A stretch of DNA of 64,000 bases from Candidatus Latescibacterota bacterium (lineage in GTDB: Bacteria; Latescibacterota; UBA2968; UBA8231). Numbering within the stretch: the first letter of the stretch is position 1; each line of letters opens with the position of its first letter. The notes under the pieces are model-generated. The model saw nothing but the letters and a program-made list of their open reading frames with translations. It was not told the origin of the DNA and ran no database searches. Both the position numbers and the translations under genes were made by a program. Of the stretch, positions 10,527-21,501 are shown in pieces. Location: assembly GCA_965243025.1 (NCBI GenBank), contig CBDETY010000003.1, forward strand, positions 5,312,001-5,376,000, given 5' to 3'.

Positions 10527-11786
10527 ATGCCCGGCGATTTCGAGAGCAACCTGAAGAAATACGGCGAGCTGGCGGTGCGGGTCGGACTCAACCTGCAGCC
10601 GGATCAGCGGCTGATCGTCCGCGCCCCGGTCGCCGCCGCGGAGCTGGTCCGCGCCGTGGCCGCCTCGGCCTACGACCTCGGCTGCCGCTACGTCGACGTC
10701 CTCTACGGGGACGAGCAGCTCGAGCTGATCCGCTTCGAGCACGCGGCGCGCGACTCGTTCGAGGAGTACCCGTCCTGGCAGGTCGAGGGCCTGGCCGGGC
10801 GCGCCAGGGAAGGGGACGCCTTCCTGCGCGTGACCGGCGACGACCCCGACCTGCTGAAGGGCCAGGACCCGGAGCTGGTCTCGCTGACCCGCAGGATCGC
10901 CTCGGAACAGTCGCGGCCCCTGCTCGACTACATCACCCGCATGGCCGTCAACTGGTGCGTGATCTCGGCGGCCGTGCCGCCCTGGGCGGCGCGCGTCTTT
11001 CCGGAGGCCCCGGCGGCGGACCGGGTCGGCCTGCTGTGGGATGCGATCTTCCGCATGTGCCGCGTCGACGCCGGCGATCCGGCGGCCGCCTGGAAGGAGC
11101 ACATCGACCGCCTCGAAAGGCGGCGCGAGCTGCTGACCGAAAAGGCCTACTCCTCGCTCCACTACCGCGCTCCCGGCACCGACCTGACCGTCGGCCTGCC
11201 GGAAGGGCACGCCTGGCGCGGCGGCATCGACCGCAGCTCCGCCGGCACCGTCTTCGTTCCCAACATCCCGACCGAGGAGGTGTTCACCATGCCCCACTGC
11301 CGCCGCATCGGCGGCAGGGTGCGCTCGACGAAGCCGCTGAACTACGGGGGTTCCCTGATCGAGGACTTCTCCGTCACCTTCGCCGGGGGCCGCATCGTCG
11401 AGGCGTCTGCCTGGCAGGGGGAGGATATCCTGCGCAACCTGCTCGACACCGACGACGGCGCCGCGAGGCTGGGGGAGATCGCCCTGGTTCCCCACAGCTC
11501 GCCGGTCTCGCAGTCCGGGCGGCTGTTCTACAACACCCTGTTCGACGAGAACGCCTCGAGCCACGTCGCCCTCGGCCAGGCGTACAACGTCTGTCTGGAG
11601 GACGGCGCCGCCATGGCGGAGGAGGATTTCTCCGCGGCGGGCGGGAACCGCAGCGTCGTGCACGTCGACTTCATGATCGGCTCAGGCGAGATGGATATCG
11701 ACGGGGTGCTGGCGGACGGCAGCCGGGAGCCGGTGATGCGGGGCGGCGAGTGGGCGGCGGAGGTGGAGGCGCCGGATCAGTCGTAG
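10527..11786 (+). CDS. M29 family aminopeptidase (AmpT/PepS-like)
   Basis: PNIPTEEVFT, LGEIALV, LFDENASSHVALG, HVDFMIG. Confidence 0.93.
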   Translation: MPGDFESNLKKYGELAVRVGLNLQPDQRLIVRAPVAAAELVRAVAASAYDLGCRYVDVLYGDEQLELIRFEHAARDSFEEYPSWQVEGLAGRAREGDAFLRVTGDDPDLLKGQDPELVSLTRRIASEQSRPLLDYITRMAVNWCVISAAVPPWAARVFPEAPAADRVGLLWDAIFRMCRVDAGDPAAAWKEHIDRLERRRELLTEKAYSSLHYRAPGTDLTVGLPEGHAWRGGIDRSSAGTVFVPNIPTEEVFTMPHCRRIGGRVRSTKPLNYGGSLIEDFSVTFAGGRIVEASAWQGEDILRNLLDTDDGAARLGEIALVPHSSPVSQSGRLFYNTLFDENASSHVALGQAYNVCLEDGAAMAEEDFSAAGGNRSVVHVDFMIGSGEMDIDGVLADGSREPVMRGGEWAAEVEAPDQS

Positions 11787-12847
11787 CGGTCGGGCAGCCC
11801 CAACTCTTCGAGCAGCCGCGCAAGCTCGGCGCTGGTCTCCGGGTCGAGGGGAATCCCCTCGCGCTCGCGCCGCCGGCGCTCGCGGTGGGAGCGCTCTCCC
11901 GGCACGAGGATCTCGTCGAAGCCCGGTGCCTTGCGCGAGGCCTTGAGTCCGGCCACCAGCTGCTCGACGGCCCCCTCGAAAACCGCGCGGGACACGAAGT
12001 GGCCGGGGTCGACCACGAGGGCGAACACCCCGTTGACGTTGTGGTCCTCCTGAGGCTGCAGGCCGGTGCTGGCGCCGGCGCCGCTGAGCACTCCGGCGAG
12101 CACGTCGACCAGCATGTTGAGGGCGAACCCCTTGTGGGCGGCGGCCGGCCCCCCGACCGGCAGCAGCGCCCCCTTGCTCCCGTCTATCGAGAAGTCGGCC
12201 GGGTCGCGGGTCGGCTCGCCCCCGGCGTCGATGAGCCAGCCGGCCGGAACGGGCTCGCCGGAGCGGGCCGCCATCTTGACCTTGCCGGCCGCGGCGACGC
12301 TCGTGGAGAAGTCCATGACGACAGGGTTCCCGGGCTGCCAGGGGATGCCGGCGGCGACCGGGTTGGTGCTGAAGAACGGGGCCGAGCCCCCCAGCGGAGC
12401 CACCGCGGGGTTTCCCCCCGCGTCGTTGACCATCATCAGGGCGACCAGCCCCTGCCGCGCCGGCTCGCCGACGTAGCTGCCGAGACGGGCGACGTCGGTG
12501 CAGTTGAGGATGGTCACGCAGCCGCACCCGGAGTCGCGCGCCTTCTCCGCGGCGATCTCGAACGCCCTGACGCAGGCGAGCGGGCCGAGGGAGAAGCCGG
12601 CGTCGAGGTGGGCGGAACCGGCGGACTCGCGCAGCAGCTTCAGCTCCCCCCGCGGCCGGGTCCGGCCCTGCCGCAGGTCGCTGGCGTACATCGCCACCCG
12701 CACCACCCCGTGGGAGTCGTACCCCGACAGGCTCGCCTCGCACAGGATGCCTGCCACCGCGGCCGCGTCTTCCGGCGGGACGCCGAGGCGTCCGAAGACG
12801 TCGAGCATCAGCTGGCGCAGGGAGGTGCTGGAGATGGTCCGGTTCAT
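11777..12847 (-). CDS. Ldh_2 family dehydrogenase (malate/sulfolactate/ureidoglycolate type)
   Basis: GYDSHGV, TNPVAAG, MDFSTS, HKGFAL, VPGE. Confidence 0.9.
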   Translation of the reverse strand: MNRTISSTSLRQLMLDVFGRLGVPPEDAAAVAGILCEASLSGYDSHGVVRVAMYASDLRQGRTRPRGELKLLRESAGSAHLDAGFSLGPLACVRAFEIAAEKARDSGCGCVTILNCTDVARLGSYVGEPARQGLVALMMVNDAGGNPAVAPLGGSAPFFSTNPVAAGIPWQPGNPVVMDFSTSVAAAGKVKMAARSGEPVPAGWLIDAGGEPTRDPADFSIDGSKGALLPVGGPAAAHKGFALNMLVDVLAGVLSGAGASTGLQPQEDHNVNGVFALVVDPGHFVSRAVFEGAVEQLVAGLKASRKAPGFDEILVPGERSHRERRRREREGIPLDPETSAELARLLEELGLPDRYD

Positions 12848-12959
12848 GGGAGCGGTCCTTGTATGGCTGTCATGTGGATGGTGGTTGCGCCGCGGCGGGG
12901 CGGCTACTCGACTATTGCATTTTCAGCGCCAAAGTGAATTAGCGGACTCCACTATTGCA

Positions 12960-13721
12960 CAACTGCGAATATGCAAGAGAAAGCTCAAAGACTACAAAGG
13001 AAAGGAACGGGCACTTTGGCGCGTGTTCGACCGGGTGAGCTTCGAGGACGTTATCGCCGCCGACCGGGTTAGTGGCGAGGATATCCTGTTGAAGCTCGAT
13101 TACCCGGCGTACTTCGACCTGCTTGAAATGCCGCTTCCTGACGGTCGTGACGCCATACTGCACGCATTGCAGAGAGATCGGCTCATTTCCCCCAGTGCAG
13201 CGGGCGGCTTCGACATCACGAACCTGGGCGCCATTCTGTTCGCCAAACAGCTCGGTGATTTCCCGCATCTGAAGCGCAAGGCCGTAAGGGTCATCCAGTA
13301 CCGCGGCAAGGGTCGGACGGAGACGTTCCGAGAACAGGAGGGTGGCAAAGGATACGCCTGCGGCTTTGAAGGTTTGATCGGATACATAGATGGCATACTG
13401 CCGGCTAACGAGATGATCGGGAAGGCCTTGCGAAGGTCAGTGCCGATGTTCCCCGACCTGGCCATCCGCGAGCTCGTAGCCAACGCGCTCATCCACCAGG
13501 ACTTCTCCGTCACCGGTGCGGGACCGATGATCGAGATCTTCGATGACCGCATTGAGATTACCAACCCAGGTGAGCCGCTTGTGGATACGCAACGCTTTCT
13601 CGACACACCGCGCAGGTCCCGAAACGAGACACTGGCTTCCCTGATGCGCCGAGCTCGCATCTGTGAGGAACGAGGCAGCGGGGTCGACAAGGTTGTCTTG
13701 CAGGTGGAGTTCTGGGCCTGA
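12960..13721 (+). pseudogene. Internal fragment of AlbA/HATPase_c_4 (RecG C-terminal-like) ATP-binding protein
   Basis: AIRELVANALIHQDF, IEITNPG, RNETLASLMRR, EERGSGVDK; no N-terminal domain or start, stops before the C-terminal HTH; lower GC than neighbours. Confidence 0.7.
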
Positions 13722-14000
13722 CGTCCCGGGCCGGAGAACGCCTCGCGGAGGTCGTCAAAAACGTGACGCGCAATCGGTGTCGAGTCTCCGACCTGATTGG
13801 CAGGTAATTGATCGAGAACCGTCAGACAGTCCTTGAAATTCCGTAACTAACTGATTTTTCTGTAGTTGCTAAATTGACGGGTAATTGACGGGAAGTGCTT
13901 TATGACCATCGACATCAGCGAATAAAGGCTCGGGCACGGGCGGCATCAGCCCAAGCTCTCTACGACCCCTTCCCGGAGAACGAGAAGGCCCGGCTCGGTC

Positions 14001-15458
14001 CTATCCGAACAGCTTGAGCGACAGGCCCCAGCCGCTGACGCAGGCGAAGATCAGGAGAACGACCGCCGAGACGACGGCGCCGATCAGCACCGCGGGGCGG
14101 GTCCGGTAGCGGGGCGGCAGGATGAAGTTGAGGTAGATGGCGGCCGGCATCAGCACGGCGATCGCCAGGTTGGCCAGGAGGAAGCTCGCGATCCCGATGA
14201 GGGTGTCGAAGGGGATGTCGAGCCAGATGACGGTGGTGGCGATGGCGAACATGTACAGGCAGATGTAGCGCTTGAGGCTCTCGAAGTTCCAGGTGCGGTC
14301 GGGCCATACCGCCGAAGAGAACCCCTGGACCACGCGGGCGTACATCTCGGGCAGGGCCTGCAGCGTTCCCCACAGGGCGGCGATGATGCACACGTAGTAG
14401 ATCCCCACCAGGGTGGGGTGGATGTTGGCCCAGACGTGGGCCTGGTTGGTCAGCAGGCTCCAGCCCTGGAAGTGGGTCTTCAGGGGCATCAGCACCGCGG
14501 CCCCGGAGATCAGGAAAGCGGCGCTGACGAGGAACAGGACGATGGCGCCGAGGCCGACGTCCCAGCGCAGGGGCGCAACCAGCTGACGCAGGCGGCTGAC
14601 CTGCTCCTCGTCCTCGGGGAGGTAGTCGATCTCCTTGCTGTTGAAGGCGTGCTCGCGGATGCGGTCGATGTCGTCGTGCCCGGTCAGGCCCCAGCGGTGC
14701 AGGCCGACCCAGTTGGAGTAGGCGAGGTAGGTGAAGACGCCGCCGCCGACGTAGCCGAAGGCGGTGGCAAGGGTCAGCAGCGGATACTCGATGGCGTCGG
14801 CCGGAGCCCAGGACGGGAAGTCCGGCATCCCGTTGATGCCGAAGGTGCCGAGGAGGGCCTGGACGAAGTCGGGCCGCACCATCAGGGTGCCGATCATCGT
14901 TCCGATGACGAGAATCCCGCAGATCGCCAGCTGCTGTTTCTCCAGCCGTTCGAAGGAAAGGCGGATGCCGAACAGCATCGCCGCGGCGATGAAGAAGGTG
15001 GAGATGCCGTTCTCCCAGAGCTTCTCGGCGGCGTCGATCCCTTCGGCCGGGGCGAGGAACAGGTGGTGGACGAGGTCGCCGCACGGTTTGGAGATCGCCA
15101 CCCAGGCCAGCGGCGCCACCGACAGCTCGAGGACGATCAGCGTTATCAGCAGCCAGCCGCGCGGACCGGGGAGTTTGACGAGGCGGTGGCCGATGTACTC
15201 GCCGCTGACCGCGGTGTAGCGGCCGACGAGATAGGTGACGAAGATGCTCTTCGCCAGGACGCTGAGCAGGATCAGCCACAGCAGGTCGTACCCCGCCCAG
15301 GCGCCGAGGCGCACCACGACGATGGTCTCGCCGGCGCCGATGCTCACCGAGGCGACTATCGCCGCCGGACCGAACGCCGACATCATGGCGAGGAAGCGCC
15401 TGAGCGACCAGGGCTGGGCGTACACTCCCTCGAGAGGCGGTACGGTTACTTTATCCAT
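14001..15458 (-). CDS. NRAMP/APC-superfamily membrane transporter
   Basis: GPAAIVASVSIGAGE, GYDLLWLILL and about 11 hydrophobic segments. Confidence 0.8.
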   Translation of the reverse strand: MDKVTVPPLEGVYAQPWSLRRFLAMMSAFGPAAIVASVSIGAGETIVVVRLGAWAGYDLLWLILLSVLAKSIFVTYLVGRYTAVSGEYIGHRLVKLPGPRGWLLITLIVLELSVAPLAWVAISKPCGDLVHHLFLAPAEGIDAAEKLWENGISTFFIAAAMLFGIRLSFERLEKQQLAICGILVIGTMIGTLMVRPDFVQALLGTFGINGMPDFPSWAPADAIEYPLLTLATAFGYVGGGVFTYLAYSNWVGLHRWGLTGHDDIDRIREHAFNSKEIDYLPEDEEQVSRLRQLVAPLRWDVGLGAIVLFLVSAAFLISGAAVLMPLKTHFQGWSLLTNQAHVWANIHPTLVGIYYVCIIAALWGTLQALPEMYARVVQGFSSAVWPDRTWNFESLKRYICLYMFAIATTVIWLDIPFDTLIGIASFLLANLAIAVLMPAAIYLNFILPPRYRTRPAVLIGAVVSAVVLLIFACVSGWGLSLKLFG

Positions 15459-15616
15459 TCGTTGACGATTCTGCGGATTCAGGGCGGAAGGGCAGGGCCG
15501 CGAGGGGCAGAATATGGCCGCCCTCAGGCGCCGGATCAACTCGGCGGGAGGGTGGACGGCTTGACATCCGCCAGCCGCGGAGCTACCCCTATCTGCCCGA
15601 ACCCGAGCGATCTCCC

Positions 15617-16237
15617 GTGGCCATGAACGGCTCGCACCACTCCTGTTTTCTCGACCGTCCTTCGGAACGCTACCGCGACAGCTTCCTGGCCGGCGCCGCC
15701 GAGTTCGTCGGCGAAGGCAGGCTGGACTCGACCTACGCGGCGCTCCTCGGCTACGACCTGCGGCGGCTCGAAAGGCGTTTCTCCTCCTTCGTGTGGGACC
15801 TGCTGCAGCTCGGAGAGAAACGGCCCGCGAGCAGTTCCGGCTACCAGGACCGCGTCTTCTGGCTGATCGACGGGGAGGAGTACGTGGGCCAGCTGTCGGT
15901 GCGCCCGGACCTCGGCACCCCCTACCTGGTGACCTACGGCGGGCACGTGGGCTACAGCATCCGCCCGGGGCTGCGCCGCCGGGGTTACGGGCAGATCATC
16001 CTCTCGCTGGCCTTGAGGGAATGCATCGACATGGGACTTGCGCGCCTGCTGGTCACCTGCGACTCGGACAACATCGCCTCGAAGAAGATCATCGAGCGCA
16101 ACGGCGGCCGCTTCGAAAGCGCCATGAACATGGACGGCCGCGGGCTCGAGGCGGAGGGCCGCCGGCGCCGCGAGAGGGTGCGCAAGCTGCGCTACTGGAT
16201 CGACCTCGATCCCGTGGCCGAAGGAGCCGTCCGGTGA
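15617..16237 (+). CDS. GNAT acetyltransferase
   Basis: GHVGYSIRPGLRRRGYG, TCDSDNIASKKIIERNGG. Confidence 0.9.
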   Translation: MAMNGSHHSCFLDRPSERYRDSFLAGAAEFVGEGRLDSTYAALLGYDLRRLERRFSSFVWDLLQLGEKRPASSSGYQDRVFWLIDGEEYVGQLSVRPDLGTPYLVTYGGHVGYSIRPGLRRRGYGQIILSLALRECIDMGLARLLVTCDSDNIASKKIIERNGGRFESAMNMDGRGLEAEGRRRRERVRKLRYWIDLDPVAEGAVR

Positions 16238-17430
16238 AGGAGCGGGTCGAACCGGACTACGGCGGCGGCAGCATAGTCAACCTGGCCGCGTCGATGGTCG
16301 CAGCTTTCGGTGTCGAGCCGCCGGCTCCCTGCTGCCGGGAGGGCCTGCTGCCGGCCGAACCGCTGGCCGCCGGCGGGGACGTCGCGCTGCTGGTCTGCGA
16401 CGCCGTCGGCCTGTACCAGTTGCAGCGCGCCATGGAGGCGGGGCGCACCCCGAACCTGTGCCGCCTCGCCGAGACCGCTCCCGGGGGGATGCGGCAGCTC
16501 ACCTCGGTATTCCCCTCGACGACGACAGCCGCCCTGACCACCCTGAGCAATGCCAGGGCTCCCTGCGATCACGGGATTCTCGGCCACCGGCTCTGGCTGG
16601 AGGAGCTGGGGAGCCTGTGCAACCTGCTGACATTCACCACCGGTTCGAAACCGCCGGAGGGGTTCGACGAGGAAGTGGTCCGCGCCGTGCCGACGGTCTA
16701 CGAGCTGCTCGCGGCGGCGGGCGTCTCCTCCAACGTCGTCAGCGCCGCCGGATACGAGGGCACCGCTTTCACCGCGCTCCTGAGCCGGGGCGCCGCCTAC
16801 CTGGGATACCAGGCCCAGTCCGAGATCCCGCACCTGCTGGACACCTGCCTGCGAGAGAGCTGCGGCCGCAGCTTCCATTCCCTTTACTGGCCGATGATCG
16901 ACACCCTCTCCCACAAGTACGGCCCGGTCTCGACGCGGGAGGAATCGCGCGCCTGCCTGCTGGAGTTCGAGTTCATCGACCTGATGATCGGCCACGTCGC
17001 CGAGGCCTGCCGCCGGTACGGCTGCTCGCTGGTGATCACCGCCGACCACGGCCAGGTGCGGCTCGACCCGGAGAAGGCCCTGGTTCTGGACGGGCCCGGC
17101 GCCGAGGCGCTGCGCCACCCCCCGGGCGGCGGCCGCAGGGCCTGGTACCTCGCCTCCGACGACCCGGAGAAACTGGTGTCCGGCGGCTTCCTGGCGCACC
17201 CGGAAGTCGAGTGGGTGCACAGCGGCGACGCGATCGCCCGCGGCTGGTTCGGGGGTGACTGCGGCAGGTTCCGCTCCCGTCTGGGGGACGTCGTCGCGCT
17301 TCCCGGGGACGGCCTGCAGCTGGTGTACGACTTCGGGTCCGGAATCCACACCCAGACCGGCTCCCACGGGGGGATGACAGCCGAGGAGATGCTGGTGCCG
17401 CTTCTCGCCGTGCCCGCCTCCGCCTGGTGA
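16234..17430 (+). CDS. Alkaline phosphatase superfamily (nucleotide pyrophosphatase/phosphodiesterase)
   Basis: GTG overlaps upstream TGA; LVCDAVG, SVFPSTT, DTLSH, TADHG, GSHGG. Confidence 0.88.
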   Translation: MKERVEPDYGGGSIVNLAASMVAAFGVEPPAPCCREGLLPAEPLAAGGDVALLVCDAVGLYQLQRAMEAGRTPNLCRLAETAPGGMRQLTSVFPSTTTAALTTLSNARAPCDHGILGHRLWLEELGSLCNLLTFTTGSKPPEGFDEEVVRAVPTVYELLAAAGVSSNVVSAAGYEGTAFTALLSRGAAYLGYQAQSEIPHLLDTCLRESCGRSFHSLYWPMIDTLSHKYGPVSTREESRACLLEFEFIDLMIGHVAEACRRYGCSLVITADHGQVRLDPEKALVLDGPGAEALRHPPGGGRRAWYLASDDPEKLVSGGFLAHPEVEWVHSGDAIARGWFGGDCGRFRSRLGDVVALPGDGLQLVYDFGSGIHTQTGSHGGMTAEEMLVPLLAVPASAW

Positions 17431-17437
17431 TCCCGAA

Positions 17438-18622
17438 ATGCCGGAGGCGCGCCCCGGTCTCGAAGGGAGCCGGATCGATCCGGGCGGCGGCGAGACCGCG
17501 GTCCTGTTCACCACCAACCCGGGCCTGGAGGACATCGTCGCCGACGAGTTCGGCCGCCGCCTCGCCGAAGCCGGCTTTCCGGAGCCGCGGTTCGACCTCG
17601 AGCCGTTCGGTTTCAAGGGGCACGTCCTCGCCCTGGTGCCTGTAAGCGAAGGTGTACAGGGTGCGGCGCCGGGCGGTTCGGGCCCCGGCCTGTGGGACCT
17701 GACCCTGGAGCTGCGTTCCGTCCACCACGTGGTGCGCCTCCTCTACAGCTTCGAGATCCCGGCAGAAACCGCGGCGGCAGGGGCGCCGTCGGCCGAGGCC
17801 GGCCTCGGGGCGATCCATGCCGAGGTCGCAGGCCGCGGGGTTCCCGGCATGGAGAACGCCCGCACCTTCCGGGTGACCACCAGGCGCAGCGGCGACCACC
17901 CCTTCACGAGCGTCGATGTGCAGCGGCGGGCCGGGGCCGCCCTGGTCGAGCGCTACGGGGCCGCGGTCGACCTGACCGGCTTCGACTGCAACGTCCGCGT
18001 CGACCTGTTCGGTCCGACCTGCGTCGTCGGTTCGCAGGTGACGCGGAGCCCCCTGAGCGACCGGCGCATGCGCCCCTTCTCCCCGCGCACTTCGCTGCGG
18101 CCCAACGTCGCCTTCGCCCTGGTTCACCTCGCCCGCCTGCGGGGGGACGGGGGGCCGCTGCTGGACCCCTTCTGCGGTTCCGGCACGATCCTGCGGGAAG
18201 CCTCCCGGTGTTTTCCCGAGATGGAGTTGTCCGGCAGCGACTACTCCGGGAAGGTGGTCGAGGGGGCCGCGAACAACCTCGAGGCGCTGATCGCCTCGGG
18301 CAGGTTGAGACTGTGCCGGTGCGACGCCCGCAAAATGGTGGAGGAGTACGGCAGCAACCGCTTCCAGGCGATCGTCACGAACCCGCCGTACGGGGTGCGG
18401 CAGGGCCGCGGCATGGATTTCGTCGGGTTCTACCGGCGTTTCCTCGAGCAGGCGGCCGAGGTGCTGTTCCCGGGAGGGCGGCTCGTCCTGATCGCCTGGA
18501 AGCGGGGCGCCATCGACCGCGCCAACCGCAACCTCCGGCTGTTCGGGAAAGTCCACGTCCGCGTCGTCGAGACCGGGGGCATCTACCCGCGCGTGTACGT
18601 GCTGGAACGCAGGGACCGGTAG
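17438..18622 (+). CDS. THUMP-domain tRNA guanine-N2 methyltransferase (Trm14/TrmN-like)
   Basis: THUMP-like TFRVTTRRSG; LLDPFCGSGT; TNPPYG. Confidence 0.85.
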   Translation: MPEARPGLEGSRIDPGGGETAVLFTTNPGLEDIVADEFGRRLAEAGFPEPRFDLEPFGFKGHVLALVPVSEGVQGAAPGGSGPGLWDLTLELRSVHHVVRLLYSFEIPAETAAAGAPSAEAGLGAIHAEVAGRGVPGMENARTFRVTTRRSGDHPFTSVDVQRRAGAALVERYGAAVDLTGFDCNVRVDLFGPTCVVGSQVTRSPLSDRRMRPFSPRTSLRPNVAFALVHLARLRGDGGPLLDPFCGSGTILREASRCFPEMELSGSDYSGKVVEGAANNLEALIASGRLRLCRCDARKMVEEYGSNRFQAIVTNPPYGVRQGRGMDFVGFYRRFLEQAAEVLFPGGRLVLIAWKRGAIDRANRNLRLFGKVHVRVVETGGIYPRVYVLERRDR

Positions 18623-18768
18623 CGGCGGCCGGTCGGGCAATGCGGGCTCTCCCTGGTCCCGCGCAAGGGCCGGGGTGCGGCACGGGATCGCTGACCGAAC
18701 GGTGGCCAGGGGCGGAGGTCCCGCTCCATGAATCCCGGCCTCCCGGGGGCTTCGGGGCCACGGGGGCC

Positions 18769-21171
18769 TCACATCATGGTCCGCCACCGCAGCCGGCTGC
18801 CGTCCGAGGTGACGATGGCGGCGCCCCGGCGGTCGGTCCGCAGCACCGTTATCCCGCGGCTTCCCAGCCGCTCGAGAATCCCGGGCGCCGGGTGGCCGAA
18901 CTTGTTGAACTCCCCGGCCGAGATCACCGCCAGCCCGGGGGCGACCCGGGCGAGGAGCGCGGGATGGGTCGAAGTGTCGGAACCGTGGTGTCCGACCTTG
19001 AGGACGTCCGCCCGCAGCCGCTCCTCCCACCTCGCCAGCGCCAGGTCCGCGGCCCGTTCGGCGTCGCCTGTGAAAAGGAAGCGGTGCCCTCCGTAGGAGA
19101 GCCGCAACACCACCGAGCCGTTGTTCAGCCCGTGCGGAGAACCCCCCTCGGCGTCGACGAACTCCGCAGTCGGGTGCAGGACCAGGATGCCGGCTCCTCC
19201 CAGGCCGGCGATGCTGTCGCCGGCGGCGACGCGGTGATAGCGGGTCCCCTTCTCCACGGCGAGCTCGCGCAGCCGCAGCGCCGCCCACGAGTCGCAGCTC
19301 TGGCCGGCGTCCAGCAGGTGGCGCACCTCGAGCTCCTCCAGCACCGTGACCAGGCCGCCGATATGGTCGAGGTGGGGATGCGACACCACCATCGCGTCGA
19401 TGCTGCGGACGTTCCTGGCCTTGAGGAACGGCAGCAGCACCCGCTTCCCGTAGTCGAAGCCGAAGCTGCGGCTGCCGCCGTCGACGAGCATGGAGCGGCC
19501 GTTCGGGAAGCGCAGGAAGGCGGCGTCCCCCTGGCCGACGTCGAGGAAGCAGATCTCGACCTGGCGGCGTCCGAGGGCGGCGCTCCAGGCCGCGGCGTTG
19601 GCAGCGATCAGGAGGGTGAACAGGACCAGCTTGCGGGCGCCGGGGTGGTCCCGCCAGTGGGCCAGCAGGAAAGTCAGGAAGGCGGCGGCCGCCAACGCGG
19701 AAAGGGAAGGTCTCGGGACCGTCACCGAGGCGTAGGGCAGGCCGGCGAACAGGTCGACGGCCGCCACCATCCCTTTCAGCGCAACGTAGCCGCAGCCGTT
19801 GAAGGCTGTAGCGGCGGCCGGAAGCCACCAGCCGGTCAGGGCGGCGGCCACCCCCATGGCGAGGGCCGCGGTCAGCAGCGGCACGACGAAGAGATTGGCG
19901 AGCAGCGAGACCGGCGCGAAGTGCTGGAAGTGGTAGGCGATCAGCGGGCTGGTGCCGGCCTGGGCGGCGATCGAGACGCACAGGGGGGCGACGAGCCATT
20001 TGCCGGTCGTGCTCTCTTCCGATCGCCAGCGCGAGGGGAAGAGGGCGGCGAGGTCCTGGTGCAGGCCGACGATCGCCAGGGTCGCGGCGAACGAAAGCTG
20101 GAAGCTGAGGGAGAGCAGGCTGGCCGGCCACGCCAGCAGGATGATCAGCGCCGCCAGCCCGAGGGAATTGTACACGTCCCCATGGCGGTCGATGGCGCGC
20201 CCGACCAGCACCACCCCGGCCATGATCGCGGCGCGCACCACCGGGGGCTGCAGGTCGGTGATCAGGGCGTAGAGCCCCAGGACCGCTGTGGTGGCTAGCG
20301 CGGCGGCCCGGTCGGGAAGCCGGCATGCGCGCAGGCCGAACAGGAAGAACAGCGCGATCAGGCCGACGTGCAGCCCGCTGACCACCAGGGCGTGCGCCAG
20401 ACCGGTGCTGCGGAACTGCTCCCTGAGGTCGGCGGGAATGCGGTACTTCTCGCCGAGCAGCATGCCGAGAAGCAGGCCGGCGGGAGCCCCGGACAGGTTG
20501 GCCTCGACCGCCCCCCTGACGGCGGCGCGGGCGGGCCGCAGCACCCGCTCCTTGAACCGGGCCCCGGTGCGGGGAGCGGTCCAGACCACCTGCTCCGCCC
20601 GCCGCACCGAGGCGACGGCGTGGATTCCCCTCTGCTGCAGAAAGGCGCGGTAGTCGAAGGCCGCGGGATTGCGCGCCGGCGAGGGCCGCCGCAGGCGCAC
20701 CTCGAGGACGGCGCTGTCGGCGTAGTCGGCGGCGACGGGGATCGACGAGGTGATCAGCACCCGCCCGGAGGCCGGCACCAGTGCATCCCCGGGCTCGATT
20801 GCTGCAAGGTCGAGGGCGTAGCGGGTGCGTTCGCCGGCAACCTCGGGGTCGGATGCGAGGACGCCGCGCAGCCGGACGCGCTCGCCGAACAGGTTCGATC
20901 TCGAGACGTGGCCGGGCGGTAACAGCTCCGTTGCCGCCCGGTAACGCGCCGCCCCGAGGCAGGCCGTCAGCAGCAGGCAGCAGCATACCCCGAGGGCCGT
21001 TTCCGACCATCCGGTGTACCGGGCGAGAAGGACGGCGGCGAAGGCTGCGGACGCGGCCGCCGACCAGGGCTCGCAGGAGAAGCCGGACTCGGCACCGGCG
21101 AGAATACCGGCGGCGCAGGCCAGCGCCGCCCACAGGGCCGGCCTCCGGCCCCGGAAGATGGCTGTCAGCAC
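18769..21171 (-). CDS. comEC: DNA uptake competence protein ComEC/Rec2
   Basis: HALVVSGLH, SFQLSF, DVGQGD, SHPHLDHIGG, KVGHHGS, RTD. Confidence 0.95.
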   Translation of the reverse strand: MLTAIFRGRRPALWAALACAAGILAGAESGFSCEPWSAAASAAFAAVLLARYTGWSETALGVCCCLLLTACLGAARYRAATELLPPGHVSRSNLFGERVRLRGVLASDPEVAGERTRYALDLAAIEPGDALVPASGRVLITSSIPVAADYADSAVLEVRLRRPSPARNPAAFDYRAFLQQRGIHAVASVRRAEQVVWTAPRTGARFKERVLRPARAAVRGAVEANLSGAPAGLLLGMLLGEKYRIPADLREQFRSTGLAHALVVSGLHVGLIALFFLFGLRACRLPDRAAALATTAVLGLYALITDLQPPVVRAAIMAGVVLVGRAIDRHGDVYNSLGLAALIILLAWPASLLSLSFQLSFAATLAIVGLHQDLAALFPSRWRSEESTTGKWLVAPLCVSIAAQAGTSPLIAYHFQHFAPVSLLANLFVVPLLTAALAMGVAAALTGWWLPAAATAFNGCGYVALKGMVAAVDLFAGLPYASVTVPRPSLSALAAAAFLTFLLAHWRDHPGARKLVLFTLLIAANAAAWSAALGRRQVEICFLDVGQGDAAFLRFPNGRSMLVDGGSRSFGFDYGKRVLLPFLKARNVRSIDAMVVSHPHLDHIGGLVTVLEELEVRHLLDAGQSCDSWAALRLRELAVEKGTRYHRVAAGDSIAGLGGAGILVLHPTAEFVDAEGGSPHGLNNGSVVLRLSYGGHRFLFTGDAERAADLALARWEERLRADVLKVGHHGSDTSTHPALLARVAPGLAVISAGEFNKFGHPAPGILERLGSRGITVLRTDRRGAAIVTSDGSRLRWRTMM

Positions 21172-21501
21172 CCCCGGCGAGAGGCAAAACCTGTTCCATC
21201 CGGCGGTGCGCTTCGGTCCCGGTTCCCCTGCGGTTCGATCCGATCGCGCGCTTTTTCAACCGCTCGGGGGGGAACGCTGCAACTGCTGGTGACCTTTCCC
21301 GGAGAATTGGTTTGCAAAATCCGGCCTCGAACCGGGCGGATCGGCGGGAGAATTGCAGGATATTGGTGGGACAGGAAACCAGGTCGGGTCGACCGCGATC
21401 TTCCCTTCAATGACTATGCCGGCTGCAGAGCCGCCGGCCAGCGGGCTGCTCCCAAGGGAGCCGTCGACAGGGTTTCGCGGGCCGGGTATATTGCCCGCCC
21501 C

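Noticed and set aside
17036-21259. 1407-aa minus ORF and other long overlapping ORFs (e.g. 4787-7030, 29736-32474, 61059-63050)
   Set aside because: Arg/Pro/Gly-rich shadow frames of real genes, expected at this GC
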